64,000 bases of DNA, taken from contig NC_043001.1 in the NCBI RefSeq assembly GCF_006345805.1, positions 98,208,001 through 98,272,000 on the forward strand, in the 5' to 3' direction. The first letter of the stretch is position 1, and each line of letters begins with the position of its first letter. A program made the translations under genes and the position numbers. Below, piece by piece: positions 13,873 through 26,239 of this stretch. Source of the stretch: Octopus sinensis. Lineage: Eukaryota. The notes below the pieces were generated by a model. The model was not told the DNA's origin, searched no databases, and worked only from the letters and a program-made list of their open reading frames with translations.

Positions 13873-14039
13873 ACACAATATGAAGCATTCTCCACGTGTG
13901 TTTGTAAATTCTTTAAAACGTTTCGATTTTACCACAGATTCAAATTCTTATGAATATTCATAAGATGGTATAAGACTACAAAAGAATATATTAGACTTTA
14001 CAAGACTTTAAAAAACTTTATAAGATGTGTTGAAAGAGT

Positions 14040-14762
14040 CGTTCTTCATTTTCAATACATGAAATTTAATTTCTTTTGTACTGCTGTGTGAGCACTTCCT
14101 AGGCTGATTTCCGTTTCCTGTGACAATTTGCGTAAGAACTTTGACGGGCTTGCCAACACTTTATCAAAAATATTGGTGTGTGTTTCGTCTGAAAGAACAG
14201 TAGGCCTACCGCTTCTTGCTGTGTCTTCCACTGAGCCTCTCTTTCTATGTTTTCTTATCAAATCCTGTACAATGTCACGATGTGGAACAAGAGTATTTGG
14301 AAAAGTTTCACTGTACTTCTGTTTCAGTGCCTGTGTATTTGTGTCCAGCTCGAAACACCCATTCAACTTAAAACGTACGTTCTTCAATGGTTAGCATGTC
14401 GACACACTGAAGGGTAACCCAATGACTAAGGGACAAAAAGGATGTGAGCTGGCAGACATGTTAGCACGCCGGGCGATATACTTAGGTGGTATTTCATCTG
14501 CCTTTGCGTTCTGAGATCAAATTCCGCCGAGGTCGACTTTGCCTTTCATCCTTTCGGGGTCGATAAACTAAGTTACGTTGCGTATTGGGGTCGATCTAAT
14601 CGACTGGCCCACTCACCAAATATTTCGGGCCTTGTGGCTAGTGTAGAAAAGAATGATTGAGGGACAATGGCTGACACCAGGGCGCCTACGCAGTGATAGC
14701 CTAGTTGCGCGTGTGCAGGATGAAAAATATTCACTACTGATTGACTTTTTCAACACCCTGTA
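14040..14762 (-). mobile_element. Tc1-like DNA transposon 5' portion (N-terminal HTH domain), interrupted by a SINE
   Basis: ORF 14052-14387 (KYSETFPNTLVPHRDIVQDLIRKHRKRGSVEDTARSGRPTV...LRKLSQETEISLGSAHTAVQKKL) is a Tc1-type HTH; TIR-like TA-cagggtgttgaaaaagtc at about 14743-14762 (minus). Confidence 0.75.
14437..14651 (+). mobile_element. SINE family B inserted in the Tc1 remnant with a 16-bp TSD
   Basis: Flanked by aatgactaagggacaa (14421-14436) and aatgattgagggacaa (14652-14667). Confidence 0.85.
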
Positions 14763-15026
14763 TAATTCTCTAACATATTACTCTTACTGAAAAATGGCTG
14801 AGACGCTACATAAGCTTATATAACTTATTTAGATTAAATCAGTATATTTCCGATATTTAATTTTCACGACATACACTACTTAATTCTTATGGCAATCACC
14901 TATCGTATGTCCGCTCGTCATAGAGCATATAATCTATATATTACGTATCTAAATTAAATTAATATATTTACTTTGTTTAATATATTAATTTTTTCTTTTT
15001 ATTTTATCTTACTTCAGTTTGTTAAA

Positions 15027-15410
15027 CTAGAAGGTGATAAAATTTTCCTGGTTTTTGGTAGAAGGAAGTAAAAACGGATCAGTTAATTATGATTTTAGTC
15101 AACATATACTTCTCTCAGACTCACGCACTTATTACAGCGGTCTTACAGTTTTTCTAAGCCTTGTAAAGAATTCGGAAGTTTGAGCCTCTAACCAGGCCTT
15201 TCGCTGCAAAGTCCACAAGGCATTATCCTTGCTATGTCATCATGCTACCTCTTACATTCTTTCTGATTAAGTGCTGTCTTTCATATTCGCACACTTATTG
15301 CAGCAGTCCTTCAGTTCTTCTAAAGCCTGTAACGGAAGTCAGAAGTTTGGGCCTTCAACCAAGCCTTTCGCGATACCCTTAAAGCCAGCAACATTTCAGC
15401 ACCCCGTTCG
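15027..15410 (+). mobile_element. Mariner-derived MITE with internal duplication of its 3' half
   Basis: Ends in acatttcagcaccccgttcg-TA; same family as 30411-30626; block cacttattRcagc...cctttcgc occurs at about 15127 and about 15292. Confidence 0.7.
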
Positions 15411-15451
15411 TAATACCTTTTACTTGAATATAATATAAAAAAGATAAACAA

Positions 15452-15700
15452 ATGCGCCCTTTTAAAGCCTAGTCAGGCTCATGGGTCCGGTTTCCCAGTT
15501 TCAATGGTGTATGTGTTCCTCAGCTTGACGGGACGTTAGTCTATCGCAGCGTTAATCATTTTTGCCAGCTCAGAGGACTGGAGCAACGTGAAATGAATTG
15601 CTTTGCTCAAGAACACAACGCGTCGCCCGGTCCAGGAAACGAAACCATAATCTTACGTTTATGATGCAGTCACCCTAACCACTAAGCCACGTGCCTCCAT
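15452..15700 (-). mobile_element. tRNA-derived SINE, family D (CORE plus V-like 3' part)
   Basis: Minus strand ggaggcacgtggcttagtggttagggtg head; ttgagcaaagc core; shares gcctagtcaggctcatggg..ccggtttcc tail with family C. Confidence 0.75.
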
Positions 15701-16041
15701 ACTTGAGTATAATACTAACTTAATATTCTATTTCCTTCCACTGAACTTACATTTTCAATGTTACTTTTATAGCTGGTAACATATATAACCTTGCTAAAGT
15801 TAAGCTTTGATCGTTTTTAATTCTTTCCGCAACCCAAATCGTGTTTAATTCACAATGCTAAATTACTATAGTCAGAAGCTGTGGGACTCAACCCGGAACA
15901 ATGTGGTTGGAAAGCAAGCTTTTTACCACACAGCAATTTCTGTGTGAGCATCAAATAATACTTTAATTGCTCCACGTCCTCGCGTTGCTGTGTTTTTTTC
16001 TGTGTTTTTTTTCTGTGTTTTCTTGTTTGGATTAACTTTAT

Positions 16042-16120
<79 letters not shown>

Positions 16121-16549
16121 AAAGGAGAGAAAAGGAGAAGATAATTACTAGAAATGTTATATCAGTAAACATATTTGGTTATACAACCCAAAAAATATTT
16201 ATATGAAAATATATAAAGTTAAATATCATTTTCTCTGCAACATTTCATCAGACTGAGTGAAAACTACAATCCTGGATTTACAGAGGTACGAGCTCGGGTT
16301 GCTGCCATCCTTATTCTCTTACTAGAGAGAGAGAAGGTGGTGGAGGGGGAGATGCATACTGTATTTGTAGATTTTTATGGCTACAAGTAATTTTATGTGG
16401 ACTTCTTGAAAATTGTGGAAGTATTTTATACATAGAAGCATTGGTAGCCTTGTTAAACCATTGATAAAAAATATTTATCCACCAAATGCAGAGTTAGGCA
16501 CTCGTTTTCCCTGTTTAATACAATCGTGCATGCATATGCCTGTGTGTAA

Positions 16550-17035
16550 GCGTTAAGTGTGTGTGTGTACGTGTTTGTATGTGTGTGTGTCTGTGTATGT
16601 GCGTGTACGTGTTTGTGTGTGTGTGTATGTGTGTATATGTGTGTGTTTGTGTGTGTGAGTGTGTGTGTGTGTGCATGTTTGTGTGTGTGTCCGTGTTTGT
16701 GTGTATGTATGTGCGTGTTTGTGTGTGTACGTGTGTGCATGTTCGTTAGTGTGTATGTGTGTGCGTGTTTTTGTGTGTATATGCGTGTGCGTGTGTGTAT
16801 GTGCGTGTCCGTGTTTTTGTGTGCGTATTTGTGTGTGTACGTGTGTGCATGTTCGTTAGTGTGTATGTGTGTGCGTGTTTGTGTGTGTATATGCGTGTGC
16901 GTGTGTGTATGTGTGTGTATGTGCGTGTCCGTGTTTGTGTGTGCGTATTTGTGTGTGTGTATGTGTGTGCGTGTTCGTGTGCGTAAATGTGTGTGTGTGC
17001 GCGTGTCGTGTTTGTGTATGTGTGTGTTAGTAGTT
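16550..17035. repeat. (GT)-rich compound microsatellite with a 110-bp higher-order repeat
   Basis: gcatgttcgttagtgtg recurs with gttcgttagt at 16741 and 16851. Confidence 0.9.
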
Positions 17036-17094
17036 AGGATATCCGACTCACGATCACAGGGCTGAAGAACACAAAAAGTGGAACAAGTACGTAA

Positions 17095-17400
17095 CAGGCG
17101 ACAACAAAACACCCGGACAGTTAGACAATACAAAAAATGACACGAAAAAACAAGGACGGGTCATTCGAAGCTTTCTGTCCTCACACGAGTTCCAGATCGT
17201 CTTTGCAGTTTCGGCCGCTTACACTCGAGACTGCTACAATCTAGCTGGCTCCAAGAAAATTTAAGCTAAGAGCACTAGACTCCTTGGAAGAAAGCACGTG
17301 AATATATACGAAAACAAGGACGAAAAAACGGAGAAATGGTACACAATTATAAATACAAACAACAGGACATTAACAACAGGTGTCTTTCGACTAAAGACGA
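17095..17400 (-). mobile_element. Dispersed PLE-like repeat fragment (family of 5808-6040)
   Basis: Minus strand gagtctagtgctcttagctta...ccgaaactgca...agcttcgaatgacccgtccttg matches 5810-5945. Confidence 0.6.
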
Positions 17401-17569
17401 ATTAAATTAAGCTGGCGTAGGTGGGAGTGAAGCCTTACAGCAGGGACATAGGAGATGAAAGTCATGGGAAGAAATATAAGAGACGCTACACAGATAGTAG
17501 TCGAACAAAGATATATATATGTATATATATATATAGAGAGAGAGAGAGAGGAAGAGAAGGACAAATAGG

Positions 17570-17646
<77 letters not shown>

Positions 17647-17694
17647 GGATAGATAGATGGATAGATAGATAGATAGATAGAAAGACAGACAGAC

Positions 17695-17785
<91 letters not shown>

Positions 17786-17790
17786 CAGAT
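17570..17790. repeat. (GATA)n microsatellite
   Basis: Directly visible. Confidence 0.95.
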
Positions 17791-19109
17791 ATACACTTAC
17801 ATTCATGCTTAACCGGATAGAAAAGAGAAATTGTGTACTGTTGTGGAAATCACCTACACAGCGGATGTTAACATAAAGCTAAAGATCAGCGAAAATGAGA
17901 ATACCTTCCTGGAACTATTGAGAAATCTGTAGTTACTCTACATAGATTACAAGTTCAGGTTTATGCCTGTAATTATTGAGACACCGGGTTGTGTAAAACA
18001 CTGCCTAAATAGCAATCTCGAGAAATTAGGCTTCTCAATACGAGAAAGGAGAAAGCTGTTTCAAAGACTACAGATTCAATCCATCACTGGAACAGTAAAA
18101 ATCTGTAAGACTTTCCAGATGTTTATCATTTAAGTATGCCTGAGCATGTCTGGATATGGAACTATATGCGTGAAAATATATGCATATAAAAAACATACAA
18201 ATCTGCAGGTATACATACAAAACGGTCTGATGTTGGAATTCCAGGGAAGAAACCTTGGATCTAGGTTAGAAAGCGACTCTTTATTGGTAAGACGTTTTGA
18301 AATAAAATTGAATAATCACACATACACACGCACACACACACATTAAGAGAAAAAGCTGGGTAGATAATATATTAGAGCTGTTAGTGTCAAGAAAAATAAT
18401 ATATATCGCTTGAATTGTGTTCTGTTGATGTTGTTTACACCAAGATCATACATTACCTAGTCTACCATAGGTAGATGGCTTCAAGAAACAAGCAAATCAA
18501 ATGGGAAATAGATTATTTCTAACTATTATTTGCTATATCTTTAAGATCATTGAATAATGTAAAGAAATGAAGTCCGAACACATTTATCCAAATTGATTTT
18601 TTTTTCTGATTTTTTTTTTCCAGTATAATTGTGATATATAACCAAATTTGTTAGAAAAATCGATTTCAAAATACAGTAAAGCACTAACTTTTGTAAGTAT
18701 ACGTGTATATATCTGTGAATATCAATTTATATAAATTTATTTGTGTGTGTAAATATGTTGTATCGTGCGCTTGTGCATATGCATGCCTATATGTATACGA
18801 GTGTGTATCTATATATAAGTGTGTCTGTGTGAGTATATATATATATATATATATACACGCACATAAGTGTAACTCTATATAAAATTGTGCATACAAACTC
18901 ACACACCCGCGCGCACACGCATATAATGCATATATACACATATTATGCACTTGCTAGCATAGCCATTGCTTAGAATTACTTATACTCACGCCCTCTCGAG
19001 TTGAGTGATGCGCATGAGCCAGCATGTATGTAATTATGTGTGTGCATATTTCTGCTTTATATGCATGCGCATCCATCCATACTTGCATTCATTAATCGAT
19101 CCATCTATC

Positions 19110-19157
19110 ATCTATCTATCTATCTATTTATCTGTGTGTATATATATACATATACAT

Positions 19158-19229
<72 letters not shown>

Positions 19230-19478
19230 CACATATATATACATATATATATTTATAAATATATATATGTGTATATAGATTTGTGTGTATATATATATAT
19301 ATACATATATATTTATAAATATATATGTATGTGTGTATGTATTTGTATGCACATGCATATATATATATATATGTATGTATGTATGTATATATATATATAT
19401 ACATAAATATATATGCATCCATTTCTAAGTTAGTTTATATGTATATATATACATATATATATATATATACATACATAC

Positions 19479-19513
<35 letters not shown>

Positions 19514-19532
19514 CATATATGTATATATATAT

Positions 19533-19587
<55 letters not shown>

Positions 19588-19593
19588 CATACA

Positions 19594-19658
<65 letters not shown>

Positions 19659-19719
19659 ACGTACACACATATACATATATGATTATATATGTACGTATAT
19701 GTGTATAGGCACACACACA

Positions 19720-19768
<49 letters not shown>

Positions 19769-19770
19769 AT
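19110..19770. repeat. Long (TA)n/(TACA)n compound microsatellite
   Basis: Directly visible; source of the YI-repeat ORFs. Confidence 0.95.
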
Positions 19771-20877
19771 TTGCATATGTAGATAGCAACAGTGTGTTGG
19801 TGAATGCGTCTGTATTATGTTTTATGTCTGCAAAAGCGTGTGTTTGTACGAGTGTAAGGTTATGTACGTGAATAAACTTATAATACGATTGGAGATATCA
19901 GCCCGTGAAAATTCACATAGTTAATATGGTCTGCTTGTCAAATTAAAACCAATCAGTGTCCAGTCTGTTTATTGGTTGCTACGGAAGAAAATAAACCCAT
20001 CATTAGTTTAGTGAATGGTTGAACATCAGTTGAAAAATAAGTTAATATTCATTGATTTGTCTTATTTTTATAGTTGTCTTCCTACAATATAATCTAATTC
20101 GTTGTTCATTATTTTTTTACAATTGACTAGTGGTCTGTATTGTGTACGAAGCTGCAATCTCCTGGCTGGTGTATAGACCGAACTATGAACCAGTTTCGCC
20201 TCAGGATGAATCGAATTCACAGTCAAATTATGATTATCAATAAACAGTGTGGAGAATATGCATGATGGTTTGCTTCGGACGGAATGTCATGCGGTGTTTA
20301 TTCCAGCTCTCTGCACTTTTGAGCTTTTCAGTACGTAGAAGTCAAGTTTGCCTTTTCAAATTTGTTGCTCGAGAAAAACGTATCGATGAAGTCCTGAAAC
20401 CTGTTCTTCCCCCTTTTTTTTTTTTTTATTTTCGTTTTGGGATTTGGTTTGCAAGATTCTTTATGTGAGTTCGTGTGTTGAAGCATATTCTGTTGTGTCT
20501 GGGGAGAGTCATTTTTCTTTTTTACCTTATAAATAATTTAACACACTCACCGGTAAAATTTCCACTTATTCCTTATTTTTATTTTCCTAAAACTTTCGTT
20601 GCGTCTTGCAACCTTTTCAATAGTCTTGACTCTGTCCGTTATTTACACTGCGTTCCTTTTTGTTTGTGCGCATGTGTGTGTGTGTCAATGTGTGTGTGTA
20701 CCTATGCATGCATGTACGTATGAATGTATGTATGTGTGTATGTACATATGCATGTGTGTGTATGTATACATGTGTGTATGTGCGTGCAACAGTATGTTGT
20801 TTTTCACTTATTCACGTAGTTGCTAAAACCGATACAATGGCATCTTTTAAAACTACACACCTAGAAAAGTAAGGGAA

Positions 20878-21040
20878 AGTTGGCTGTGAGGTTAAGACGC
20901 TCGTTTTGTAACAATGTGGTTTCGGGTTCTGCTCCATCGTGCGGCGTCGTGAGTAGATGTTTTCTACTATAGCCCTGAACCAGCACAATGCTATACCAGT
21001 GAATTTAGTAAGCGGAGACTGTGCAGAAGTCTTTCGTATA
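20878..21040 (+). mobile_element. SINE family A 5' half, heavily diverged
   Basis: ttggctgtgaggttaag...gggttctgctcc...ttttctactatagccc. Confidence 0.6.
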
Positions 21041-21046
21041 TGCGTA

Positions 21047-21102
<56 letters not shown>

Positions 21103-21132
21103 CGTGTGTGTATATATAATTATTTATATTAA

Positions 21133-21328
21133 GGGCATTACTATACATAAATGCCTCACCTATTTTGTGCACTAATTATGAAATCACATGATTTGTAGCA
21201 GAATCTGTTTTCAAAAGGCTCGCTTGGAGAGTTGCATTCCCTCGCGTTCGGTACAAAATGTGTTTATTATGGTAGTTTTAACTTTAAGAGCCCCTCCTAG
21301 CGTGAGGTATTTATGTATAGTAATGCCC
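21133..21328. mobile_element. 196-bp MITE with GGG termini and TTAA flanks (Kolobok-like)
   Basis: TTAA-gggcattactatacataaatgcctcac ... gtgaggtatttatgtatagtaatgccc-TTAA; inverted symmetry spans 21121-21159 / 21302-21340 with 1 mismatch. Confidence 0.75.
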
Positions 21329-21978
21329 TTAATATAAATAAATATATTTAAAGGGGATACTTAATAAATTTTTCCCTTATGAGGCTTTTCACGCTAACTA
21401 CTTGATAATTTCTTATAAAGAGTTTATCCTATTTCTAAATTGCATATGTGTGTGTGTCCAGTCTGTTTATTGGTTGCTACGGAAGAAAAGTGTTTGTGTG
21501 TGAGTGTATGTATATGTATAGATGTGTATGCGTGTGTGTATTTGTATATGTATGTGTGCGTTTGACAACAAATTTTGGGTTTGTTTACATCCCAGCAAAA
21601 GAGATTGATAGAATAAGTATCAGGCATTAAAAATAAGTCTCGGGTTCGACTTCTTCGACTAAGTACTTCAAGGCTGTACCTTTTTTCATCAGGGTAGGCT
21701 ACTTGGCAATTGAGTTGATTGTTTTTTATTTAGATTGGCAATTAAGTAGCAGAAAATATTTAAAACAAAACAGGTGGATTTAGCAATTACTTGTGCCAGA
21801 ACAGGTAACCTTATAGACGCACTCTCCTTAGTGTGTTGGCTTTTCGCACTAAGCCAGTTCTAATCAAACAGATAAAAGATAGAAGGTGATTAAAGTGTTG
21901 CCCACCTACTTTTTCTTTCTCCATACAATGTGTACCTAAGACTTTATAACTTAACGTGTCCTTCCCATTATAAAGCAG

Positions 21979-22416
21979 GGATCTTTTCGGTTTGAACGGC
22001 AGTTTTTTTCTGGCGGTGTCATATGAAATTGTCACCCATAATTATGATCCTAGTATCGATCTATTGCATTTCAATCTATTTTAGGGTTAGGGTTAGAGTT
22101 AGGGTTAGTTAGGGTTAGGGGTGGGGGAAGGGTATATTTTTTCTTCAGAAATGTAAATAAACCCAATCTGTTTCTTAAACGAGGGACATATTCATACGGT
22201 ACAGATTGTTTTTTACCTCAATAGACGTCACTGGTTGGTTGAAATTGCAGAAATTGAAGAAAAAAAACAACAAATATCTTACAAACTATACAATTTTCTC
22301 AATCAAGCCAAGAGAAAAGGATGTTTTATAAACACATTCTACCAGTATATGAAGTTTAAAAGTGTTTAGTTACGTGGAAATTATTTTAAAAATTGCCGTT
22401 CAAACCGAAAAGATCC
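21979..22416. mobile_element. 438-bp MITE with perfect 23-bp TIRs and internal TTAGGG-like repeats
   Basis: ggatcttttcggtttgaacggca ... tgccgttcaaaccgaaaagatcc; ttagggttagggttagagttagggttagttagggttagggg at about 22081-22120. Confidence 0.9.
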
Positions 22417-23417
22417 TGTGTTGGTTTTTCGCACTAAGCCAGTTCTAATGAAGCAGATATAAGATCGAAGGTGATTAAAGTGTTGCCAACCTACTTTTTC
22501 TTTGTCCATACATTTTGTACCTAAGACTTTATAACTTAACGTATCCTTCCCATTCTAAAGCAGTAGCATGAGATGTGAAATACATTTGGATTCTATAAAG
22601 TTGACTATTCCTGCTGCTTCTCTAACAGAAATGCATTCTCAGATTTAATGAATAAAACAGCAGTATATATGAAACACATTAATCCCCGAGTCCTGAATTT
22701 TATGGACATAATTGTTTTCTTGTTTGAGATACAAATATTTATGTAAAATAATTGCTTACTGCTGTTAAATGATATTAATATTATCCTAAGTCAGATGATA
22801 AACGTAAAATCACTTCTTTAATTTATGCAATAAATCTTAATTTAATGAGCATGATAATTATATAACTCAAACCTATAAATCTCGAAAAACGGTTAAAATG
22901 TATCTGACTTGCGTATTTCAGCACAATATAAACGATTTTTATTACATGTATCTCAGCATATTGTATAAGCTACTCGGTTTAATATTAAATATATGCACAT
23001 ACATATACAGACGTGTTCACACAATATTATAAATATCATAAATTCACTATATTTCTATTTCCTTTTCTAATATTTCATGGGTGTTTTCTTTATATTGTTG
23101 TTTGTATTTACGTCTTTCAAGATTTTTAACTTATACACGTGTAATTCGTATCAACATTAAATTGAAAATTATTGTAAAACTTATTATTAACTATACGCAC
23201 ATTAAAATGATAAATCATAGAATAAAGCAATTTTGAGAAAGCTATAGAAATGGATGCATTAGAAAACGTGTACATGTAGTCTCTAAACTATTTAATCGCT
23301 CAATACAAACAGACTACTTTGCTTATTTAAAATAGGACTCTATAATAGACAGAGTATGCTGTGGCCTCTAACTAGTCTTTAGTTTTCAGTCTGGAAAGCT
23401 TAAAAGCGAATACTTAC

Positions 23418-23911
23418 TTGTATTTGTGGCGACATTCACCCTGGGCGGGTTGAGTCGGCTTCTTCCATCACCCTTGAGGCATTGTATTCGCCATTGAGAA
23501 TTCATGGAAGAAGCTTCGTGGGAATATGTGGATTTGACAAGCGGTCCCCAACAATCCCGCATGTAGAGGCATCCTGTTTGCCGCAGATTGTCCGCAGACG
23601 CAGGGGCAGAACGACCGAGGAGCCGCCGGTTGTCGAAACAGACACTCCGTGGATTTTCACCGGAGCCCCGTCTGCCGGGTTGTGGCCCTAATACCACTCG
23701 GTGTCAGACCAATCCGCCTTGGCTGGCCCCACCAGGAACCGAAGTTCCCGACGGCATAGCTCTGACATTACCCGTTGCCAGCGTCCCCACCACGGTGAGG
23801 AGGGGATGGACTTTGGGGACGCTAAAAACGTTTCTAAAAACGAATAGGACCCGATTAAAAGAAAATCTGAAACCGTTGCTCATGTATTTCGTTGGTTAGG
23901 GTGATCTCATT
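23418..23911 (-). promoter_or_regulatory. GC/CpG-rich island; candidate promoter or exon on the minus strand
   Basis: Abrupt GC and CpG enrichment relative to flanks; minus-strand donor CAA|GTAAGT at 23418/23417 and acceptor-like ttttcag at 23912; no recognisable protein. Confidence 0.3.
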
Positions 23912-24107
23912 CTGAAAAATCAGCGAATTAACTGGGTTGTTTCTATGAAGGTTTATTGCTCTGTTACAAGGTAATACTAAATAACCTCCAAATTTCGCTC
24001 AGCTATCTCAAACATGAAGTAATATTGTATAATGCTTTTTAAGATATACTGTATCTTAAAACTTCTACAGACGAGTAGTCACAGTTAGAATTCCTTTTTA
24101 TCATTAG

Positions 24108-24496
24108 ACTAGCAGTATCGCCCGGCGTTGCTCGGGTTTGTTTCGACCCTTTAGAATTGGAATTTTTGAAAAGTAAAAGTTTTGCATTATGTAGCTTGTT
24201 ATTCCCTTTAAGTGAACATTTTTCTGGTTGAAATACACCGAAAAATGGCGACACAGCAGTCAAAGAATTGTTAAAAAATAGGGATTTTCATAGAAAAAAA
24301 GCTCCTTTTTTATGTAAATAATTTTTGGTGTTAACATGGTCCGATTTGCATTTTCTCTTCTACGGAAGGAAGAATAAGCCTTCTTCTATCATACTCTTAC
24401 TTTTGGTCAACTTGCGCCGCAGGGTCTCGGAGGAGATAGTGTTAGTTGAAGGCTACCAAACCTGCCATACACAGACAACTTCAGCTTTATATATAG
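24108..24496 (+). mobile_element. Non-autonomous Helentron/DINE-1-like element, copy 1
   Basis: Starts actagcagtatcgcccggcgttgctcggg (hairpin), ends acagacaacttcagctttatatatagag; no TSD seen; paralogues at 41669-42057 and 63061-63478. Confidence 0.75.
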
Positions 24497-25269
24497 AGGG
24501 AGATTGCATGATCAGAGTAGACTTGAGTCAATGCCACAAAAGCACAGACCATAAAATTTATTTTGATGTTTTCTGAAAATTAGATGCAAATCTAAATCGG
24601 AAGCAATCAAACCAATTGACAAGGTTGTAGGTTGTATAGTGCAGAGTCCTATCGCCGATCAAGATCGAACTTCGAACTCAATCAGAATCAATATAGAAGC
24701 TTCTAAGAGTATTCTCTGTCTCAGAATTGGCAGCCTTGTCTTCTCAAATCATGCTGTACTGCCTTAAAGAAAAAAAACACATTCAATAAGATACACAAGA
24801 TATGCAAAAAGGAAAAGACTTCGCGCCTGGCACTCCTTTTGATGATCTGTTTGCTAAAATGGAATAACTTGAAGCTAAACATTAGCAACAATAAAACTCC
24901 CAAATCCACCATCCTCATTTGTCGAATCAAACTGGCACCAAGCCATATATTTATTGTCAAATGAATAGAATGAAGTAAATTTATCGATCTTAGACTGTCA
25001 ATGCACTCAAGCATACACATGATTCACACGTGCAGAAGCAGACTTATATATATATTTATATATATATATATATATATATATAATACAGTGTACATTTAAA
25101 CACATTGAGAGGTTTCCATCATAGTAATCCCTTATGCTAGAAGGAACAGCTAAAGTCTAAACCACTCTATTTATATGAATAATATATAGTCTATTGACTA
25201 AATTTCCTATACGCTAGGCTTACTGGTAGTAAAAATTTCTAAAATCTTTATTACCCTAATATTATTAAT

Positions 25270-25305
<36 letters not shown>

Positions 25306-25803
25306 GGTGGTGTGTATTTGTGTGGGGGTGTATGTGTATGTGGGGTCTGTGTGGGTATGTGGGTGAGCGTTCGTGTGTGTATGTGTGTCCGTGTGTGCAT
25401 GTATACAGAACTAGCTTCGTTATAGAAACATTATTGATATAACATTTAACGTGTTTGTTGTTCAAACCCCTACGTATGACTTTTACATCCGGTTGTGGGA
25501 AATTAGTCCAGGAATTTTAGGGATTTAAGGAGAAGGAGTGTAGAACTATCTCCTTGCCGGTGTTGTTCCTAGATCTGCACTGATCCGGAATAGTAGCACC
25601 AGTCTGGGATCCGTCAATGTAATCGACTAGTCCCCTCCCACTACATTGTCTTTGTGTCTGTATGTTTGACCTCCATCCACCGCTTGATATCCGGTGTAGG
25701 ATTGTTTACGTCCTTGTACTGGAGTCCATTTATTCAATTAAAACTCTTCAAGGTGATACCACACCATGGTCGCAGTAAAATAACTAAATGAAGCGATATG
25801 TAA

Positions 25804-25839
<36 letters not shown>

Positions 25840-25841
25840 AG

Positions 25842-26130
25842 GTGCAATGGAGGCGCAATGGTCGGAGGATCGCGGTTTCGATTCCCAGACCGGGCGTTGT
25901 GTGTGTTTATTGAGCGAAGACACCTAAAAGCTCCACGAGGCTCCGGCAGGGGGGTGCGGTGGTGACCCCTGTTGTACTCTTTTGCTACAACTTTCTCTCA
26001 CTCTCTCTTCCTCTTTCTTGAGTAACGCTGCGATGGACTGTCGTCCCGTCCAGGTCGGGGGGACACATACGCCACAGAAACCTGGAGACTGGGACCATGA
26101 GACTGGCTAGGCTTGAAAAGGGCGACGTTT
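25842..26130 (+). mobile_element. tRNA-derived SINE, family C (V-domain-like 3' part)
   Basis: ggtgcaatggaggcgc...ggtttcgattcccagacc (B box)...gcgatggactgtcgtcccgtccagg...gaaacc. Confidence 0.8.
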
Positions 26131-26164
26131 ATCGTTTTTATGTGTGTGTATATACATACACACA

Positions 26165-26239
<75 letters not shown>

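Noticed and set aside
16140-16260. CUGAUGA on minus with a potential long stem II
   Set aside because: No GAAA after the stem, so the hammerhead core is incomplete.
20585-20630. gttgc-aagac-gcaac-GAAA hairpin on minus within a PLE-like repeat
   Set aside because: Core reads UUGAAAA and no stem I pairing is found; at most a dead vestige.
21655-21700. CUGAUGA...GAAG hammerhead-like string on minus
   Set aside because: Lacks A15.1 and stem I, and overlaps a decayed SINE tail; likely chance.
25842-25900. tRNA-like heads (also 54740-54800, 61082-61150 and family A/B heads)
   Set aside because: A/B boxes are present but no complete cloverleaf; they continue into SINE bodies.
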